In this document: positions 60,626-64,000 of the stretch, one piece after another
Layout of the letters: each line of letters opens with the position of its first letter
Numbering within the stretch: the first letter of the stretch is position 1
Assembly: GCA_016181265.1 (NCBI GenBank)
Contig: JACOZP010000008.1
Location: 20,156 to 84,155 of the forward strand
Length of the DNA: 64,000 bases
From: Candidatus Woesearchaeota archaeon
GTDB lineage: Archaea > Nanobdellota > Nanobdellia > Woesearchaeales > GW2011-AR9
Reading direction: 5' to 3'
Translations under genes and position numbers: made by a program
Notes under the pieces: model-generated
Told to the model about the DNA's origin: nothing
Databases searched by the model: none
The model's input: only the letters and a program-made list of their open reading frames with translations

Positions 60626-61501
60626 TTGGTATTAGAACATCTTTTTCCTGAAGACTGGTTAGAAAAGCGGGGAGTGTACGCGTTTATTTTAGGAGCAGTT
60701 TATTCAGTAGTGGGAGTTCTTGTCGCATCTGTGCTTTTTCCAAAAGATCCGGCACTGGTGGGAGTGGCGTTGACGTCTATGTTAATTCTCCCGGAGATGT
60801 ACAAGATATTTTCATACCAAGAAAGACAACAAAGCTTAGAACAGAAGACAACATTTCTTTCTCTTTGGAAAAATGACATTGAAATTGTACGAATCTATGT
60901 ATTTATGTTTTTGGGAATTATCTTGATTTACTCTGTAGGGACAATGATTCTTCCCAGTATCCAGACAAACGAATTATTTAGGGAACAGTTAGAAATCCGT
61001 TTTGGGGAAGGCTTTGCAGGTAATGCAGTTGCTAGCGGCCTTTTTGAGAGTGGTTTATTCATAGAATTGCTGAGTAATAATTTACTGGTCATGATTGCCT
61101 GTTTTATAATGGCATTGCTGACAGGGGATGGAGCAGTCTTTTTGATTATCTGGAATGGATCAGTGTGGGGAACAATCTTTGGGATCACGGCGAAGAATGC
61201 AGCATCATTTTCAGGAGCGAATGTGATTTACATCTTTGGGATTGTCATGCTCATCGTTTTCCCACATATGATCATTGAAGGGATCTGCTATTTTTTGGCA
61301 GCGATCGCTGGTTCGCTGATATCAAAAGATGTTATTCTAGAGAAGTTTGCTTCCGATCGGTTCTTTAGGGTCTTTGGGTTTAATCTTTATCTTGTTGTGT
61401 TTGCGTTGCTGTTCTTGATATTAGGAGCGGCGGTAGAAGCGTTTGTCTTAGATAATGTGGATATCTATACGGAAATAGTTAGACAGAGTTTATTGGCGTA
61501 G
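60626..61501 (+). CDS. SpoIIM/DUF95-family integral membrane protein
   Basis: About 6 TM. VFPHMIIEGICYFLAAIAG resembles the DUF95 PHGxxE motif. TTG start with a TATAAA box about 40 nt upstream. Confidence 0.6.
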   Translation: MVLEHLFPEDWLEKRGVYAFILGAVYSVVGVLVASVLFPKDPALVGVALTSMLILPEMYKIFSYQERQQSLEQKTTFLSLWKNDIEIVRIYVFMFLGIILIYSVGTMILPSIQTNELFREQLEIRFGEGFAGNAVASGLFESGLFIELLSNNLLVMIACFIMALLTGDGAVFLIIWNGSVWGTIFGITAKNAASFSGANVIYIFGIVMLIVFPHMIIEGICYFLAAIAGSLISKDVILEKFASDRFFRVFGFNLYLVVFALLFLILGAAVEAFVLDNVDIYTEIVRQSLLA

Positions 61502-61507
61502 AGAGTC

Positions 61508-61877
61508 TCATAAAAGTGCGGGAACATGAAAACTGACGACGATCAGTTTTCTGTTCAGAAATGCAATATTATTTACATTTCTTGAAAGCGTCTCACTTCG
61601 CTCTAAAGTCCTGAGAATTGCCGTGCAATTCTGGGACGCAAGAAAATGATTTTTCTTCGCGAGCGAGGCTTGAAAAGAGACGCTTTCTGATCCCCGCACT
61701 TTGTGACACAAGAAGGACAAGTCCTTCTGTGCAAACAGACAATGTCTGTTTTGCATAAATAGGCTAGAAAGCCATTCGCACAATGAAACAAAGATTTCAT
61801 TGGCGTCCCAGTGAAATATCATATTCACTGTGGACATCCTCGTCTTAAAAGACGAGGCTTTCTGGCCTATTTAATGT
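61508..61877 (+). ncRNA. unclassified structured RNA, copy 2 of 2 (expanded paralog of 4206-4471)
   Basis: Same ordered conserved blocks and helices as copy 1, plus about 62-nt and about 46-nt insertions. Each insertion folds into two self-contained hairpins (e.g. GAAAACTGA/TCAGTTTTC, AGAAATG/CATTTCT, AGAAGGAC/GTCCTTCT). A T-rich tract follows the 3' end. Confidence 0.7.
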
Positions 61878-61898
61878 AACTTTATTTCTCATTGCATC

Positions 61899-62717
61899 TT
61901 ATTTCTCATGTGGTTTGCAAACATCATAGAAATCACATTTACCCGTAGACCATTTGCAGAGGGACGTGATGGTTTTAGGGTAATCTTCTTTCTGTTCGGT
62001 GGAACTTGTATGCTTATGGATCTCTTCGATTTCTTTCCTTGCAAGATCGAGGAGAGGCTCGTCAACATTCATCAGCTTCAGCTTATGACGAAGGAAAAAG
62101 ATACCCACTTTGGAAGGCATTTTCCCATGCTTTTCGAAATAAAGAAGAGAGTATATCGCTAATTGAAGCCGGATGCTCTCTTTCATCTCAAACGTAGAGT
62201 TAGTCTTGTAATCAATGATGTGGACTTCGTCATCAACGTGGTGAATAGCATCAATGAATCCACGGACGGAACGTCCTTCGGACGCATATTCTTGTTCACG
62301 GACAGGAGTCAGTTCTAAGAACGCTTCCTGCACGGAAATATTCTTTTTTTTCAGGAGGATGGACAGATCTTCGACAAAGTGATTTGTCCAATTCATGAGC
62401 ATAAGCATTGTCTCTTCGAAGTAAAAGCGTTCCTGGTCAGGGCTCAGTTGGAGCAGTCGGAGTTTTTCTTGGTATTGTTTCCAATAATGAAGAAAAAAAG
62501 TTTGGATGCTCTCCTTGCATTTACGCGCAAAATTCTCTTCGGTAAGTTGATGAGTGTCAAGATTATAGAAGTTTTCTAGCGTAGAGTGAGCAATATTACC
62601 CCGAACCTGATGAATATTGGCTTGAGTTGGTAGTTTCTCGATGTATTGATAATAATATTTCCGCTTGCACTGCTTGAATGTGTTGATTGATGAGGGGGAT
62701 TCTATTCTTTTTGCCAT
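61899..62717 (-). CDS. Cas4/RecB-like PD-(D/E)XK nuclease with 4-Cys cluster
   Basis: N-terminal FKQCKRKYYY and C-terminal CKWSTGKCDFYDVC (C...CxxxxxCxxxxxC arrangement). IDAIH...IIDYK core. No CRISPR or other cas genes in the window. Confidence 0.7.
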   Translation of the reverse strand: MAKRIESPSSINTFKQCKRKYYYQYIEKLPTQANIHQVRGNIAHSTLENFYNLDTHQLTEENFARKCKESIQTFFLHYWKQYQEKLRLLQLSPDQERFYFEETMLMLMNWTNHFVEDLSILLKKKNISVQEAFLELTPVREQEYASEGRSVRGFIDAIHHVDDEVHIIDYKTNSTFEMKESIRLQLAIYSLLYFEKHGKMPSKVGIFFLRHKLKLMNVDEPLLDLARKEIEEIHKHTSSTEQKEDYPKTITSLCKWSTGKCDFYDVCKPHEK

Positions 62718-62826
62718 GGATCACCTCTTTGAATGAAAAAGAGTTGGTGGGGGGTTTATATGCTTTATTGTGATACTCTTCTGCTAGCACAATCTTAATA
62801 AAAGAAAGATATTTTGAGAATGAACA

Positions 62827-63360
62827 ATGAAACCAAATCAACTGACGACGATACGATTTCTCTTACTCTTTTTTGTGATTCTGGCTGATCAGATCCAGCT
62901 TTATCTCCTTGCGCTGCTCTTAATTGGCCTGTCTTTCTTAACTGATTTTTTGGACGGTTTCGTCGCACGCAGATATAAGAAAGGTTCAGAAGTGGGGGTC
63001 TTCTATGATCATTTCGTAGATAAGGTTTTTGTCCACGTTCTATTGATCTATTATCTCTCACAGAATCTAATTTCATTCTGGATTGTAGCGTTATTAATCC
63101 TACGAGATTATGTTGCACTCGGATTTCGACAGTATGCAATTTCCAAAGGAGAGAATGTAGCAAGCGTGTTGTCAGGAAAGATTAAATTGATTTCACAAGG
63201 GGCGTTATTAGTGTTAATTGCATTGGTAAGGCTAACCGCATTTCCGTCCGTGGTTCTGCTGGGATTGGAGTGGCTTATCGTGCTGTGGTCATTTGTATCG
63301 TTAATCGATATGGGATGGAAGAATAAAAAAATCATACAAAAGTTGTGGAAAGAGCTTTGA
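62827..63360 (+). CDS. CDP-alcohol phosphatidyltransferase family protein
   Basis: TDFLDGFVARRYKKGSEVGVFYDHFVDKV fits D-x2-DG-x2-AR-x8-G-x3-D-x3-D. Confidence 0.88.
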   Translation: MKPNQLTTIRFLLLFFVILADQIQLYLLALLLIGLSFLTDFLDGFVARRYKKGSEVGVFYDHFVDKVFVHVLLIYYLSQNLISFWIVALLILRDYVALGFRQYAISKGENVASVLSGKIKLISQGALLVLIALVRLTAFPSVVLLGLEWLIVLWSFVSLIDMGWKNKKIIQKLWKEL

Positions 63361-63382
63361 TTATCCGTCAGTGAGGCGTGAG

Positions 63383-63862
63383 ATGCAAATAATGTCGATA
63401 ACATTTGAAAAAGGAGATATACATTTATTGAAAGAAATTGTTTTGTTAAATGAATCTGTTTTTAGAGGAATGTATGAGCACGAGCCTTACTCGTTAGACC
63501 ACTATACCGAGAGATTATTAAAAGTTAAGCCGGTGATTTATATTGCAAAGTCAGGCAATCAGATCATCGGCGACGCAATATCTTTCGAAAGAGATGGATC
63601 TCTTTATCTTTGGATACTCGCCGTCTCTCCAGAATTCAGAAATAGGGGTGTTGCTTCCACGTTGTTTAACTTGATGGAACAACATGCTCGAGATAATGGT
63701 ATCGGTTCTGTGTCGACAAAAGTATACAATGTTTCAAAAGAAATGTTAAGATTATTGTTAAAAAAAGGATACAATATCGTGGCGATAGAGGAGCATGGTT
63801 CTCATCCAAAATATAATGCTATCCACTTCAAATTATCTTTCTTAAAAAGCAATACTTTTTAA
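63383..63862 (+). CDS. GNAT-family N-acetyltransferase
   Basis: LWILAVSPEFRNRGVASTLF motif A. ATG at 63383 preferred over the GTG at 63371. Confidence 0.78.
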   Translation: MQIMSITFEKGDIHLLKEIVLLNESVFRGMYEHEPYSLDHYTERLLKVKPVIYIAKSGNQIIGDAISFERDGSLYLWILAVSPEFRNRGVASTLFNLMEQHARDNGIGSVSTKVYNVSKEMLRLLLKKGYNIVAIEEHGSHPKYNAIHFKLSFLKSNTF

Positions 63863-63887
63863 AGAAGCAACGATTTTTAATAGGATC

Positions 63888-64000
63888 ATGAATAAACCAT
63901 CTGAAGAGGAATCACAGGTTATCAAAGTTCGTATCCCCCAAGGAAAAGAAGTTCTCGGGATTGTTCAGCAACGCTTAGGGGGTAGCCGGATGAGAGTCCT
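63888..64000 (+). CDS. eif1a: translation initiation factor aIF-1A, N-terminal part (cut by window edge)
   Basis: Own translation: MNKPSEEESQVIKVRIPQGKEVLGIVQQRLGGSRMRV..., matching the aIF-1A S1-domain start (V.VR.P..GE.LG.V...LG..R..V). Confidence 0.75.
   Translation, partial: MNKPSEEESQVIKVRIPQGKEVLGIVQQRLGGSRMRV

Noticed and set aside
61508-61837. Minus-strand ORFs 61508-61837 (109 aa) and 61603-61800 (65 aa) from the ORF track
   Set aside because: They lie entirely inside structured RNA copy 2 and have no counterpart in copy 1. The differences between the copies are stem-compensatory and indel-modular, not codon-like. The peptides are Cys/Phe-rich junk-like sequences.

Overview
Dense, mostly housekeeping chromosomal segment of an archaeon. 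Lineage markers are FEN-1, tRNA-splicing endonuclease EndA, ABCE1, aEF-1beta, aIF-1A, Trm1, Trm5 and archaeal-type AspRS/GluRS. AT-rich TATA-like boxes sit about 25 nt upstream of many start codons, which suggests leaderless transcripts. The small-genome/DPANN-like flavour is my inference, not a computed result. I call about 85 CDS, three tRNA loci and two copies of an unclassified structured RNA. I saw no rRNA, CRISPR array, integrase or transposase. Points worth a second look, in rough order of interest: (1) Two collinear paralogous structured RNA loci (4206-4471 and 61508-61877) with compensatory stem changes that match no RNA family I can recognise by eye. (2) A tightly coupled three-gene cassette (50347-52355) next to a divergent TrmB-like regulator: NadR/AAA_28-like P-loop kinase, a minimal SerRS-like class II ligase core fused to a MazG-like NTP pyrophosphatase, and a small radical SAM enzyme. 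(3) Unusual tRNA biology: a tRNA-Trp gene with two introns (one between positions 53/54), a second atypical AT-rich tRNA-Trp(CCA) 470 bp away, and an intron-containing tRNA-Thr(CGU) gene that stops in the T-loop next to a tiny RHH + membrane-peptide cassette. (4) A cell-surface operon that includes a protein with a bacterial-OMP-like beta-barrel C-terminal region. (5) A clear bacterial-type Lgt gene overlapping a lipobox-bearing cupredoxin gene. All product calls rest on motif recognition by eye; no database searches were run.
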